Positions 35,864 through 51,600 of a stretch of 64,000 bases of DNA are shown here, piece by piece. Made by a program: the position numbers and the translations under genes. The first letter of the stretch is position 1. Every line of letters begins with the position of its first letter. The notes beneath the pieces are model-generated. The model ran no database searches. It had not been told where the DNA came from and worked only from the letters and a program-made list of their open reading frames with translations. This stretch comes from Anthoceros angustus (taxonomy: Eukaryota; Plantae; Anthocerotophyta), in contig MU008165.1 in the NCBI GenBank assembly GCA_010909165.1, positions 1,178,001-1,242,000 of the forward strand. The letters run 5' to 3'.

Positions 35864-37140
35864 GGCTAACTCAGCGGTCCCACAGTTTTGGTTATAGGAG
35901 CGGAGCAACAGGCGGTGGCGGAGCGGAGGCCATGTCGGAAGAAGAAGGAGAGCGGAGTGCAGCTCCGACCCCAACTCTGCGGAGGGCGGGCACAAGGGAG
36001 AGGAAGCGGGACTACAAGGACTCGGGGCAATGTCGGACACGGTGTCGGAAGTGGGCAGGCGGCCAAGGCGGGTGCCTCCAGCGAAATGCGCACGCTAGGC
36101 GGCGGCAGCGGCGAGCAGACGAAGGGCAATGTGCAGCGGAATGCAGCTGTGGAGGCAATGGAGGCCTGGTTCTCGACGGTGATGGAGGGCATGGAGGGGC
36201 ACGAGTAGGCTTGGTCCTCATGCCTTGTGCTTGGAGCTCTGACGGTTTTGCATTATGGTGGAAGGCAAGCATGCTACGTAGGCGAGGCCCGATGGGAGAT
36301 AGGGTTTGATGCAAGGCGCAATTTTGCTATGTGTGCGTGGACACCCTTTATGATCAATGGAATAGCTCCCTTTCATGAACTTGGTCGTTGGAGGGACCGT
36401 ACACTTTATTGGTGAGGTTGATGGGTTGTGGCTGCTGGTGCGTGCAATGGCGCAAATCTTTGGAAGGTTCACATATTGCCGTGGATGATGGATGCGGTGT
36501 TTGGGCGGCTCATGTCCATTTTCGTCGATGAGTGCAGCGCAAACGCAAATGTAAAGGGTATGCCGCCCACATACGGCGCCCCATGCAAGGGCAAACGCAC
36601 TCAGCCACTCCGCAAACACAAACGATGAGTGCAGCGCAAACGCAAATGTAAAGGGTATGCCGCCCACATACGGCGCCCAGATGCATGCCGCATTGGCACG
36701 GAAACGCAAATGACCCTAAACACAACCCTAAACCCGAGAGAAAAAAATTTCTGTGTATCGTGAAAACTTTGTGTGCATCATCGATGATGCGTAGGTTGAC
36801 GACATCGGGACACTGAGGGGCTTAGCCCCGACCGATGTGGTCATGCGTGACACACCGAAATAGTTCCGCCTTATTCGGCGGGACTATTTCTTTCTGTCCA
36901 CAACCCTAAAAAAATGTGGATGCCGCGTGATCAGATCGGTATTCCATAACTTGCACCATATTATACATTTTCAATACATTTGAATCTTAGTTAAAGAATT
37001 TTTATATAATTTATTTCTTACTCTCTTAGTTTTTCCTATTCCTCTAATTTTTTTTTCACTCTTGAATCTTGAGTACGATCAATTATCTTTATATTACATC
37101 TCTATTGCATTCTTTCTTTCTTAGTACTCATCTCATCTAC

Positions 37141-37224
<84 letters not shown>

Positions 37225-37269
37225 TTACTATTACTACTATTATTACTATTATTATTACTATTACTATTA
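37141..37269. repeat. (TTA/CTA)n compound microsatellite, copy 2
   Basis: Directly visible; followed by gctaactca. Confidence 0.95.
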
Positions 37270-39334
37270 GGCTAACTCACGGCAAAGCGGTCCCACAGTT
37301 TTGGTTATAGGGAGCAACAGGACGGCGGTGGCGGAGGCCAGGCCATGTCGGAAGAAGAAGGAGGCGGAGTGCGGCTCACCCCAACTCTGAGGCTGGGGAA
37401 GGCGGGACTACAAGGACTCGGGCGCAATGTCGGACACGGTGTCGGAAGTGGGCGGCGGCCAAGGCGGGTGCCTCCAGCGAAATGCCCGGACGGGCTAGGC
37501 GGCGAGCAGACGAAGGGCAATGTGCCGCGGAATGCGAAGCGCTGTGGAGGCAATGGAGGCACAGTTCTCCGACAGGTGATGGAGGGCATGGAGGACGACG
37601 CAGAGTAGGCTTGGTCCTCATGCCTTGTGCTTGGAGCTACAGCAGCAGCGGTTTTTGCATTATGGTGGAAGGCCGAAGCATGCTACGTAGGCGAGGCCCA
37701 GTAGGAGATAGGGTTTGATGCAAGCTGTGCAATTTTGCTATGTGTGCAGTGGACACCCTTTTATGATCAATGGAATAGCTCCCTTTTGCTGTGAACTTCG
37801 GGTCGTTGGAGGGACCGTACACTTTATTGGTGAGGTTGATGGGTTGACGCGCTGGTGCGTGCAATGGTACAAATCTTTGGAAGGTTCACATATTGCCGTG
37901 GATGATGGATGCAGTGTTTGGGCAGTCTCATGTCCATTTCGTCGATGGTCTGTTTGATGCGCCGAGCCATCTTGTTCTTCACCCTCTCCTTCTCGTAAAG
38001 TGCTGTCCTCTCTGCATCACAGTGCCAGAGTCTTGCTATTGTTCCTTGCGAACCTATTCCGAGCCCCATCAAGGCTCTTGGATTGCGCATGATGCTTCCA
38101 GCATTTGGTTGTCACCGCCTTTGCCTATGTTCTCTGGCCCTTCCATCAAACTCAATGTGTGTTGTGAATTGTTCCTCTTATACCAGAAGTTGAGAGGCAG
38201 CAATTCCTAGAATTGGGTTCTTTGAGTAATGACCATTCGATTACCTTTGCATGTTTGAAAGCAATGCAGGGCAGACTCGCATGATGGCCCTGTTCGAAGG
38301 TTTATGTGAAAGACATCAGAAGAAGCGATGTGCTCAGTGCAATGTGAAAGGAGCATATCTTGAACTAGCCTTGTCTGGCTGTTCTTCAGGGTCAACTTCT
38401 GTGCATCTGAAGAAACGCGCAATGGGGAAGGATATCTACTACACCCGTAAATCGCTGGCATCAGAGTAGTGGTAGAACGAATTTCAGCTCAAGATTACCC
38501 AAATCCCGCCACACACAGAGTCTGCCACATGCACCGGGTTCCTTCTTCCAACTGAAGGCGACTTTCATGTTCCAAGCACATTGCCAACCCTGGACACGCT
38601 CGCGGCCGTGTCCGCGTCTTCTTAGACAGGGACAATGGAATCGTGTTTTTGTTAGGGAACCTGTGATGCTGGAAAAATTAAGCACTATCCTCCTCGGAAC
38701 AGTAAGAAGCACGAGCATGTGCGAATCAAGAAGACCGCCGACCGCGGCTGTCATTGCCTTCGAAGACCATGGCTGAGGTAGGGTTTGCAAGCATGCTACG
38801 TAGGCGAGGCCCGATGGGAGATAGGGTTTGGCGGCCATGAGATAGCAACGAAGAAAACATATTCGCACAAGGTAGGGGCGGTTGACGACATCGGGACGAG
38901 GGGCTTAGCCCGACCGATGTGGTCATCGTATTGACTCATGATGCCATTTGTGACGTTATGTTTGCAATGGCAAATCTTTGGAAAAATTTTGAAGCAAACA
39001 ACCCGTTTCGAGGAGGAAAACTATGTGTCCCCTTTGGTGCTTGGCCGCTCTTGGTTAGGGCGCCAAAGCGAACATAACACCATGTGCTGTGAGAAAACAA
39101 TCCGTACTCGAATCTAAGGTATATTCCTCAAGATGCCTACACCTTGCAACGGGAGCGTTTTAGACCGAGCTTTTGGCGGATGACCTTTCCCATATTGAAG
39201 ACCTTCCTTTATTGGAGGACCCACATGTGGCTTTTGGCATTCTCTCCTCATGCTTTGCCAAACACCCAGTTACCTTATCGCATTGCCTCCTTCTCCACTT
39301 CTTCTCGCCTTTTCTTAGTACTCATCTCATCTAC

Positions 39335-39562
<228 letters not shown>

Positions 39563-42500
39563 GGCTAACTCAGCGGTCCCACAGTTTTGGTTATAGGAGC
39601 GGAGCAACAGGCGGTGGCGGAGGCGGAGGCCATGTCGGAAGAAGAAGGAGGCGAGGCCCGATGGGAGATAGGGTTTGATGCAAGGCGCAATTTTGCTATG
39701 TGTGCGTGGACACCCTTTATGATCAATGGAATAGCTCCCTTTTGCTGTGAACTTCGGGTCGTTGGAGGGACCGTACACTTTATTGGTGAGGTTGATGGGT
39801 TGACGCTGCTGCTGGTGCGTGCAATGGCTGCAAATGCTGGAAGGTTCACATATTGCCGTGGATGATGGATGCAGTGTTTGGGCAGTCTCATGTCCATTTC
39901 GTCGATGGTCTGTTTGATGCGCCGAGCCATCTTGTTCTTCACCCTCTCCTTCTCGTAAAGTGCTGTCCTCTCTGCATCACAGAGTGCCTGTAGGTGCTGC
40001 TATTGTTCCTTGCGAACCTATTCCCTGAGCCCCATCAAGGCTCTTCGGATTGCAGGGGGGCAGCATGATGCTTCCACTGCATTTGACAGTTTGTCACCGC
40101 CTTTGCCTATGTTCTCTGGCCCTTCCATCAAACTCAATGTGTGTTGTGAATTGTTCCTCTTATACCGGTTGAGGCGCAATTCCTAGAATTGGGTTCTTTG
40201 AGTAATGACCATTCGATTACCTTTGCATGTTTGAAGCAATGCAGGCGGACTCGCATGATGGCCTGTCAAGGTTTATGTGAAAGACATCGGAAGAAGCGAT
40301 GTGCTCGGTCAAATGAAAGGAGCATATCTTGAACTAGCCTTGTTCTTGAGGTCAACCATGCATCAAGAAACGCGCAATGGGAAGGATATCTACTACACCG
40401 TCGTCGGCATCGTAGTGGTAGAGCAATTTCACTCAAGATTACCCAAATCCGCCACACAGTCGCCACATGCACCGGGTTCCTTCTTCCAAGGCGACTTTCA
40501 TGTTCCAAGCACATTGCCAACCGACACGCGGCCGTGTCCGCGTCTTCTTAGACAGGGACAATGGAATCGTGTTTTTGTTAGGGAACCTGTGATGCTGGAA
40601 AAATTAAGCACTATCCTCCTCGGAACAGTAAGAAGCACGAGCATGTGCGAATCAAGAAGACCGCCGACCGCGGCTGTCATTGCCTTCGAAGACCATGGCT
40701 GAGGTAGGGTTTGCAAGCATGCTACGTAGGCGAGGCCCGATGGGAGATAGGGTTTGGCGGCCATGAGATAGCAACGAAGAAAACATATTCGCACAAGGTA
40801 GGGCGGCAGACTGTGAAAACATTGTGTCCCGGTTCTTTGTTTTCAAAGTTGGAAGGACAGAAAAATTTTGAAGCAAACAACCCGTTTCGAGGAGGAAAAC
40901 TATGTGTCCCCTTTGGTGCTTGGCCGCTCTTGGTTAGGGCGCCAAAGCGAACATAACACCATGTGCTGTGAGAAAACAATCCGTACTCGAATCTAAGGTA
41001 TATTCCTCAAGATGCCTACACCTTGCAACGGGAGCGTTTTAGACCAGGCTTTGGCAGATGACCTTTCCCATATTGAAGACCTTCCTTTATTGGAGGACCC
41101 ACATGTGGCTTTTGGCATTCTCTCCTCATGCTTTGCCAAACACCCAGATTACCTTATACGCACATTGCCTCCTTCTCCACTTCTTCTCTCACGTTCAAAG
41201 GAGTTCGATAAGAAAATCATAGGTGTCTTGGGAGACATTCTACGCCCAAGGGCTTTTGAGTGTCCAGCAGGCAATCTGGCACATCAGCAAGCATCTTGCT
41301 AATAGCTTGTGGCGCGACACATCTGGTTTCCATGGAGGAATCCTCAATGGCGGCGTTTTTGGGCAGCTAGGTTTTGTCTGGCTTTGCTCTAGCCTCGTGT
41401 TTCTTGCTTCGAGACAAACGCTTTTGGGAGGACTTTGTATAAGGAGTTGAAAAGGGAACCCTCCCTCTTCAAGTGTTCCTGAGACAAGCTAGAGACATGG
41501 TATCAATGGAAGCAAGGCAGCTATTCCCTCCTTTCATGACCTTTTCTCAACGATGATTTCAGGGGGTTGCAAGCATCCTTGCTTCATAAACAACTCGGCC
41601 AACCTTTTAAGTTCATCCTTTTGGACCCTTCTATTTTGAAGGAACACAAGAGCCCATCTCCACTCTTGTCTCGGAAGGGCGCAAGAGCTTGGCTATTGGC
41701 TCCATGCATATCTGAGGATTTCACATAGCACCTACAACCTTCACTCTGATGTACTTTTGTCTAGGCTTGGTTTAGCTAGTGTCTTCCTCACTTCTCACTT
41801 GTGAATGTGGCTCTGCTGTGGATGCATCTGGGACGCATCTTGCTCATTGTTCAAATGGGAGTCATCGTATTGACTCATGATGCCATTTGTGACGTTATGT
41901 TTGCAATGGCTTGTGAAAGTAGTTATATGGCTTGGAGGGAGAGTTAGTATGCTTTACGTATAAGGTAAATAGTCATACCTAGTCCGCGCGACTAAGTCTT
42001 CGTGGCAGACGTGGTAGTTACTCACCCTACACGGGAATCCACCCCTAAACAAGTTATCTTCAATCGTCCATGTTGGTGGTAACTAGAGTGGCGGCTTTCA
42101 AGGTTACTAAGTATAGGAAAATGCGTCGGTCATCTCCTCATCCTGCTTACCTTGAAGACTTCTCGGGCTTTCAAGGTTACTAAGTATAGGGGAATGCAGT
42201 CAGGTCATCTCCTCATCCTGCTTATCTTGAAGACTTATGGGGCGTTTGTTAAATTTATCAAGTCTGTGCCAAAGCATATCATACAAGGAGAGGAAGCGGG
42301 ACTACAAGGACTCGGGCCATGCCGGACACGGTGTCGGAGTGGCGGCGGCCAAGGCGGGTGCCTCCAAGCGAAATGCCCGGGCCCAGAGGCGGCGAGCAGG
42401 CGAGAAGGGCAATGTGCGCGAATGCTGTGGAGGCAATGGAGGCCGTTCTCCGGGTGATGGAGGGCATGGAGGACGCCAGAGTAGGCTTGGTTTAGCTAGT

Positions 42501-44405
42501 GTCTTCCTCACTTCTCACTTGTGAATGTGGCTCTGCTGTGGATGCATCCGCATCTTGCTCATTGTTCAAATGGGAGTCATCGTATTGACTCATGATGCCA
42601 TTTGTGACGTTATGTTTGCAATGGCTTGTGAAAGTAGTTATATGGCTTGGAGGGAGAGTTAGTATGCTTTACGTATAAGGTAAATAGTCAGAGTCGGCTT
42701 GTACCTAGTCCGCCGCGACTAAGTCTTCGTGGGCGTGGTAGTTACTCACCCTACAGAATCCACCCTAAACAAGTTATCTTCAATCGTCCATGTTGGTGGT
42801 AACTAGAGTGGCGGCTTTCAAGGTTACTAAGTATAGGAAAATGCGTCGGTCATCTCCTCATCCACCTTACCTTGAAGACTTCTCGGTTACTAAGTATAGG
42901 GAATGCGGTCGGTCATCTCCTCATCCCGCTTATCTTGAAGACTTATGGGGCGTTTGTTAAATTTATCAAGTCTGTGCCAAAGCATATCATACAAGGAGAT
43001 ATGCGGCAGACTACCTCTCCTATTTCACATCGTTCTTGCCCTCCAAAGGGCATTTGCAAGGGCTATTTCTGACGACAGCGATTGTTGGAGATGCACCCTC
43101 AACTAATTCAGAATATGTAGGCCATTCAATCTCCTAATTTTAACATTGTAGGCATGGGTGACTTTAGACACGAGTTTAGTTGCCCTTCTTTACTTTGACC
43201 CTTGGGGTCTCTCTTTGATCTCTTTTAGTAGATGGTGTCACCTATCTATTTTTCCTTAATAAAACTATTCTCAATAAAACAAGTGATTTCAAAAGTACTT
43301 GCTTATGTCTACAGTGCAAGTTAGCCTTCTTTTGGCTCAAACACCTTTACAAACCACAAGGGATTGTGTAAGAAAGGGATTCCTTGGCTGATCCATGCAT
43401 GAGCGAGGCTTAACACAATGGCCAACAAGATAGACGATTCATTAAGGTGGAAATCTTGTTAAATGTAAGATTTAGGTGGTATCTTATAGGTGTTGGCCAC
43501 GACAATTTTGCTGTGAATTGAGCTTCAATATTATTCCCATTGATTGTGATGGACTATGTTGTCTTCCTCACTTCTCACTTGTGAATGTGGCTTTTGGCTC
43601 AAACACCTTTACAAACCACAAGGGATTGTGTAAGAAAGGGATTCCTTGGCTGATCCATGCATGAGCGAGGCTTAACACAATGGCCAACAAGATAATCTTT
43701 GGAAAAATTAAGCACTATCCTCCTCGAATGAAGAAGCACGAGCATGTGCGAATCAAGAAGACCGCCGACGGCTGTCATTGCCGAAGACCATGGTGAGGTA
43801 GGGTTTGGCGGCCATGAGATAGCAACGAAGAAAACATATTCGCACAAGGTAGGGGGTGGCGGGCATGAAAACATTGTGTCCGGTTCTTTGTTTTCAAAGT
43901 TGGAAGGACGAGAAAAATTTTGAAGCAAACAACCCGTTTGAGGAGGAAAACTATGTGTCCCCTTTGGTGCTTGGCGCTCTTGGTTAGGGCGCCAAAGCGA
44001 ACATAACACCATGTCTTTGTGAGAAAACAATCCGTACTCGAATCTAAGGTATATTCCTCAAGATGCCTACACCTTGCAACGGGAGCGTTTTAGACCGAGG
44101 CTTTTGGCGGATGACCTTTCCCATATTGAAGACCTTCCTTTATTGGAGGACCCACATGTGGCTTTTGGCATTCTCTCCTCATGCTTTGCCAAACACCCAG
44201 TTACCTTATCGCACATTGCCAACCTGGACACGCTGGCCGTGTCGCGTCTTCTTAGACAGGGACAATGGAATCGTGTTTTTGTTAGGGAACTGTGATCTTT
44301 GGAAAAATTAAGCACTATCCTCCTCGAATGAAGAAGCACGAGCATGTGCGAATCAAGAAGACCGCCGACGGCTGTCATTGCCTTCAAGACCATGGTGAGG
44401 TAGGG

Positions 44406-44424
44406 TTATTATTATTATTATTAT

Positions 44425-44456
<32 letters not shown>

Positions 44457-44504
44457 TTACTACTACTATTATTACTATTATTATTACTATTACTATTACT
44501 ATTA
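44406..44504. repeat. (TTA/CTA)n compound microsatellite, copy 4
   Basis: Directly visible; followed by ggctaactca. Confidence 0.95.
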
Positions 44505-45699
44505 GGCTAACTCACTCAGGTCCCACAGTTTTGGTTATAGGGCGGGCAACAGGGCGACGGTGGCGGAGGCGGAGGCCATGTCAAGAAGAAGGAGAGCGGA
44601 GTGCAGCTCACCCCAACTGCGGGCGGGCACAAGGAGAGGAAGCGGGACTACAAGGACTCGGGCCATGCCGGACACGGTGTCGGAGTGGCGGCGGCCAAGG
44701 CGGTGCCTCCAAGCGAAATGCCCGGGCCCAGAGGCGGCGAGCAGGCGAGAAGGGCAATGTGCGCGAATGCTGTGGATGCATCCGGGGCATCTTGCTCATT
44801 GTTCAAATGGGAGTCATCGTATTGACTCATGATGCCATTTGTGACGTTATGTTTGCAATGGCTTGTGAAAGTAGTTATATGGCTTGGAGGAGAGTTAGTA
44901 TGCTTTACGTATAAGGTAAATAGTCATACCTAGTCCGCGCGACTAAGTCTTCGTGGCGGCGTGGTAGTTACTCACCCTACACGAATCCACCCTAAACAAG
45001 TTATCTTCAATCGTCCATGTTGGTCGAACTAGAGTGGCGGCTTTCAAGGTTACTAAGTATAGGAAAATGCGTCGGTCATCTCCTCATCGCTTACCTTGAA
45101 GACTTCTCGGGCTTTCAAGGTTACTAAGTATAGGGGGTGTCAGTCATCTCCTCATCCCGCTTATCTTGAAGACTTATGGGGCGTTTGTTAAATTTATCAA
45201 GTCCTGTGCCAAAGCATATCATACAAGGAGATATGCAGCAAGACTACCTCTCCTATTTCACATCGTTCTTGCCCTCCAAAGGGCATTTGCAAGGGCTATT
45301 TTACGAACAGCAACGATTGTTGGAGATGCACCCTCAACTAATTCAGTAATATGTAGGCCATTCAATCTCCCTAATTTTAACATTGTAGGCGCTGTAGGTG
45401 ACTTTAGACACAGAGTTTAGTTGCCCCTTCTTTACTTTGACCCTTGGGGTCTCTCTTTGATCTCTTTTAGTAGATGGTGTCACCTATCTATTTTTTCCTT
45501 AATAAAAACTATTCTCAATAAAACAAGTACAGATTTCAAAAAGTACTTCGCTTATGTCTACCTGGTGCAAGTTAGCCTTTCTGTTTTGGCTCAAACACCT
45601 TTACAAACCACAAGGGATTGTGTAAGAAAGGGATTCCTTGATCCATGCATGAGCGAGGCTTAACACAATGGCCAACAAGATAGAGACGATTCATTAAGG

Positions 45700-48600
45700 T
45701 GGAAATCTTGTTAAACAGAAGATTTAGGTGGTATCTTATAGGTGTTGGCCACGACAATTTTGCTGTGAATTGAGCTTCAATATTATTCCCATTGATTGAC
45801 AGTGGACTATGTTGTCTTCCTTTATATCTATCCTTTTGTTGATTGAAGTATGATTGTTAATTGGATTTTATCGAGAACTTTTATCTAGGTGGCAAGAAAA
45901 TACTACAAAATGTGGCAAAACTGTTTAAGCTCTTGTCTTGTCTTGACTTTGTGAATGTTAAAACAACTACCCATTTGACACTGAGCACATCTTGGTTGAT
46001 GTTGCAATTCCGAGTCTTTAATCTTGAATGTTTTGGAACGAGCACCTCTCCCTTGAAGAGAAAAAATAGGCTTCCAATGTAAGTCTTCTTTCTTTGATTG
46101 ATTAGCTTTAGTGCGAGGAAAGAACACAATAACTGTGATATCTTCGTGAAATTGCCTTCGATGACCTATCCCAATTTTCAGAAGATCACCATAAGTCATT
46201 CTATGCTTGCTGGCAGCCTCCTTTAGAGCTACTTCCACAAGAATTCGTGCAATATCCTACAGGGGGAGGAGGAATCTTGAGTAAGAGACAATTATAAAAA
46301 AATATAGGTAAATGTAAGTAGACTTTGCATATGCATAATTTTGCAAGAAAATATAATGTGAGTTCCTCTAGCATACCTTTTGACCTGTTTTGGCTATAAG
46401 ATCTATAGCATGTTGATTGCTTACATCGCCAATCCACGTGTTGCAATCACAAGAAATTCATCATTTATCGAGAGGAGCGACCCGGATATATGTGGTTGGG
46501 ATTATAAGAGGGGATCAAATGGTTGATATAAATCGCGGAAGCAATGGAGGCCGTTCTCCGGGTGATGGAGGGCATGGAGGACGCCAGAGTAGGCTTGGTT
46601 TAGCTAGTGTCTTCCTCACTTCTCACTTGTGAATGTGGCTCTGCTGTGGATGCATCGGACGCATCTTGCTCATTGTTCAAATGGGAGTCATCGTATTGAC
46701 TCATGATGCCATTTGTGACGTTATGTTTGCAATGGCTTGTGAAAGTAGTTATATGGCTTGGAGGAGAGTTAGTATGCTTTACGTATAAGGTAAATAGTCG
46801 AGTCGTACCTAGTCCGCGACTAAGTCTTCGTGGCGTGGTAGTTACTCACCCTACAGAATCCACCCTAAACAAGTTATCTTCAATCGTCCATGTTGGTGGT
46901 AACTAGAGTGGCGGCTTTCAAGGTTACTAAGTATAGGAAAATGCAGTCAGGTCATCTCCTCATCCTGCTTACCTTGAAGACTTCTCGGGCTTTCAAGGTT
47001 ACTAAGTATAGGGGAATGCAGTCAGGTCATCTCCTCATCCTGCTTATCTTGAAGACTTATGGGGCGTTTGTTAAATTTATCAAGTCCTGTGCCAAAGCAT
47101 ATCATACAAGGAGATATGCAGCAAGACTACCTCTCCTATTTCACATCGTTCTTGCCCTCCAAAGGGCATTTGCAAGGGCTATTTCTGACGACAGCGATTG
47201 TTGGAGATGCACCCTCAACTAATTTTGTAGGCCATTCAATCTCCCTAATTTTAACATTGTAGGCATGGGTGACTTTAGACACGAGTTTAGTTGCCTTCTT
47301 TACTTTGACCCTTGGGGTCTCTCTTTGATCTCTTTTAGTAGATGGTGTCACCTATCTATTTTTCCTTAATAAAACTATTCTCAATAAAACAAGTGATTTC
47401 AAAAGTACTTCGCTTATGTCTCTACGGTGCAAGTTAGCCTTTACATTTTGGCTCAAACACCTTTACAAACCACAAGGGATTGTGTAAGAAAGGGATTCCT
47501 TGGCTGATCCATGCATGAGCGAGGAACACAATGGCCAACAAGATAGACGATTCATTAAGGTGGAAATCTTGTTAAAAAGATTTAGGTGGTATCTTATAGG
47601 TGTTGGCGACAATTTTGCTGTGAATTGAGCTTCAATATTATTCCCATTGATTGTGATGGACTATGTTGTCTTCCTTTATATCTATCCTTTTGTTGATTGA
47701 AGTATGATTGTTAATTGGATTTTATCGAGAACTTTTATCTAGGTGGCAAGAAAATACTACAAAATGTGGCAAAAGCTTTAAGCTCTTGTCTTGTCTTGAC
47801 TTTGTGAATGTTAAAACAACTACCCATTTGACAGCACATCTTGGTTGATGTTGCAATTAGTCTTTAATCTTGAATGTTTTGGAGCAGCACCTCTCCCTTG
47901 AAGAGAGAAAAAATTTTGAAGGAACACAAGAGCCCATCTCCACTCTTGTCTCGGAAGGCGCAAGAGCTTGGCTATGGCTCGTCCATGCATATCTGATTTC
48001 ACATAGCACCTACAACCTTCACTACAGCGATGTACTTTTGTCTAGGCTTGGTTTAGCTAGTGTCTTCCTCACTTCTCACTTGTGAATGTGGCTCTGCTGT
48101 GGATGCATCTGGGACGCATCTTGCTCATTGTTCAAATGGGAGTCATCGTATTGACTCATGATGCCATTTGTGACGTTATGTTTGCAATGGCTTGTAGTTA
48201 TATGGCTTGGAGGAGAGTTAGTATGCTTTACGTATAAGGTAAATAGTCAGAGTCGGCTTGTACCTAGTCCGCCGCGACTAAGTCTTCGTGGCAGACGTGG
48301 TAGTTACTCACCCTACACGGGAATCCACCCCTAAACAAGTTATCTTCAATCGTCCATGTTGGTCAGTAACTAGAGTGGCGGCTTTCAAGGTTACTAAGTA
48401 TAGGAAAATGCAGTCAGGTCATCTCCTCATCCTGCTTACCTTGAAGACTTCTCGGGCTTTCAAGGTTACTAAGTATAGGGAATGCGGTCGGTCATCTCCT
48501 CATCCCGCTTATCTTGAAGACTTATGGGGCGTTTGTTAAATTTATCAAGTCTGTGCCAAAGCATATCATACAAGGAGATATGACTACCTCTCCTATTTCA

Positions 48601-51600
48601 CATCGTTCTTGCCCTCCAAAGGGCATTTGCAAGGGCTATTTCTGACGACGATTGTTGGAGATGCACCCTCAACTAATTCGATGTAGGCCATTCAATCTCC
48701 CTAATTTTAACATTGTAGGCATGGGTGACTTTAGACACGGAGTTTAGTTGCCTTCTTTACTTTGACCCTTGGGGTCTCTCTTTGATCTCTTTTAGTAGAT
48801 GGTGTCACCTATCTATTTTTCCTTAATAAAACTATTCTCAATAAAACAAGTCTGATTTCAAAAGTACTTATGTCTACAGTGCAAGTTAGCCTTTCTGTTT
48901 TGGCTCAAACACCTTTACAAACCACAAGGGATTGTGTAAGAAAGGGATTCCTTGGCTGATCCATGCATGAGCGAGGCTTAACACAATGGCCAACAAGATA
49001 GAGAGCGATTCATTAAGGTGGAAATCTTGTTAAGCAAGATTTAGGTGGTATCTTATAGGTGTTGGCCACGACAATTTTGCTGTGAATTGAGCTTCAATAT
49101 TATTCCCATTGATTGTGATGGACTATGTTGTCTTCCTTTATATCTATCCTTTTGTTGATTGAAGTATGATTGTTAATTGGATTTTATCGAGAACTTTTAT
49201 CTAGGTGGCAAGAAAATACTACAAAATGTGGCAAAAGCTTTAAGCTCTTGTCTTGTCTTGACTTTGTGAATGTTAAAACAACTACCCATTTGACCGAGCA
49301 CATCTTGGTTGATGTTGCAATTAAGTCTTTAATCTTGAATGTTTTGGAGCGAGCACCTCTCCTTGAAGAGAGAAAAATAGGCTTCCAATGTAAGTCTTCT
49401 TTCTTTGATTGATTAGCTTTAGTGCGAGGAAAGAACACAATAAGCGTGATATCTTCGTGAAATTGCCTTGATGACCTATCCCAATTTTCAAGATCACCAT
49501 AAGTCATTCTATGCTTGGCGGCCTCCTTTAGAGCTACTTCCACAAGAATTGCAATATCCTACGGGGAGGAGGAAAACTATGTGTCCCCTTTGGTGCTTGG
49601 CGCTCTTGGTTAGGGCGCCAAAGCGAACATAACACCATGTCTTTGTGAGAAAACAATCCGTACTCGAATCTAAGGTATATTCCTCAAGATGCCTACACCT
49701 TGCAACGGAGCGTTTTAGACCGAGGCTTTGGCGGATGACCTTTCCCATATTCCTTTCCTTTATTGGAGGACCCACATGTGGCTTTTGGCTCTTGTCTTGA
49801 CTTTGTGAATGTTAAAACAACTACCCATTTGACAGAGCACATCTTGGTTGATGTTGCAATTAGTCTTTAATCTTGAATGTTTTGGAGCGAGCACCTCTCC
49901 TTGAAGAGAAAAATAGGCTTCCAATGTAAGTCTTCTTTCTTTGATTGATTAGCTTTAGTGCGAGGAAAGAACACAATAAGCGTGATATCTTCGTGAAATT
50001 GCCTTGATGACCTATCCCAATTTTAAGATCACCATAAGTCATTCTATGCTTGTGGCGCGACACATCTGGTTTCCATGGAGGAATCCTCAATGGCGGCGTT
50101 TTTGGGCAGCTAGGTTTTGTCTAGCTTTGCTCTAGCCTCGTGTTTCTTGCTTCGAGACAAACGCTTTTGGGAGGACTTTGTATAAGGAGTTGAAAAGGGA
50201 ACCCTCCCTCTTCAAGTGTTCCTGAGACAAGCTAGAGACATGGTATCAATGGAAGCAAGGCAGCTATTCCCTCCTTTCATGACCTTTTCTCAACGATGAT
50301 TTCGGGGTTGCAAGCATCCTTGCTTCATAAACAACTCGCCAACCTTTTAAGTTCATCCTTTTGGACCCTTCTATTTTGAAGGAACACAAGAGCCCATCTC
50401 CACTCTTGTCTCGGAAGGGCGCAAGAGCTTGGCTATTGGCTCGTCCATGCATATCTGAGGATTTCACATAGCACCTACAACCTTCACTCTGATGTACTTT
50501 TGTCTAGGCTTGGTTTAGCTAGTGTCTTCCTCACTTCTCACTTGTGAATGTGGCTCTGTGGATGCATCCGGGACGCATCTTGCTCATTGTTCAAATGGGA
50601 GTCATCGTATTGACTCATGATGCCATTTGTGACGTTATGTTTGCAATGGCTTGTGAGTGTCCAAGCAGTGCATCAAGCATCTTCCATGTAATAGCCGGCT
50701 TGATACATAGCTACCGAGAGTACCCAATTTTGTGTTTTTCCATGACTTGTGCCATAAACTAGATCTATCTTTTTGATTGGAGAGATTCCTAATGCTACTG
50801 TAAACTCTCCTTTGTAAGTACTTTACCATCTTTTATTGTCAAGTTAATATGAGGATGGTCATCGTAATGCCAAACATCGACAAGCCATGGAGGTTCTCTG
50901 GATAAGTCATATTTGGACTATCACGAACAATGAGAATAAAATCTCTTTAACATTTCAACGTGCTCCAAAATTTACAATATCTGAGATAGATTACGAGTTA
51001 CACATTTATCAATAATATTTAAAATGTACCTGGATTTTTCCCTTGATTCTTTTAATTCCATCTTTTCCCAAATTAAATCATCTCACAACACTTTTGGTGT
51101 TGTAGGCTATAAGCTTCCTAATTCTAGGAATATTAATATTATGATCTGCTGAAAGAACATGAGGTAATAGGCCTCGATGACCTCTATGAGCAATAACCGC
51201 CTACAATCTCCACATTCGCAACAAGTATTCTATTACTTGTGATAATTGCAATCGTTGAGCTTGCACCAACTGTAGCCAAATATGGATTAGATTGGAAACG
51301 ATTTTGTACCATTTGCAAAAATGCTTGTTCAGTTTGTGCAAACGCTGCATTCATTGTGCTTATTGTTGGTACACCATCATTCTCAAGAAATTGATCTACA
51401 ATCAAAGAAGCCATATGGTATATTAGGTTTAAATATTACAGATCTTATCATATCAACATATACAATTGTCATGGTACATGACAAAATTTACCTTTCATGA
51501 CCTTTTCTCAACGATGATTTCGGGTTGCAAGCATCCTTGCTTCATAAACAACTCGCCAACCTTTTAAGTTCATCCTTTTGGACCCTTCTATTTTGAAGGA

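Noticed and set aside
34847-36730. TTTAGGG/CCCTAAA motifs as telomere or telomere-targeting evidence
   Set aside because: Only 1-2 units per site; such telo-boxes are common in plant DNA.
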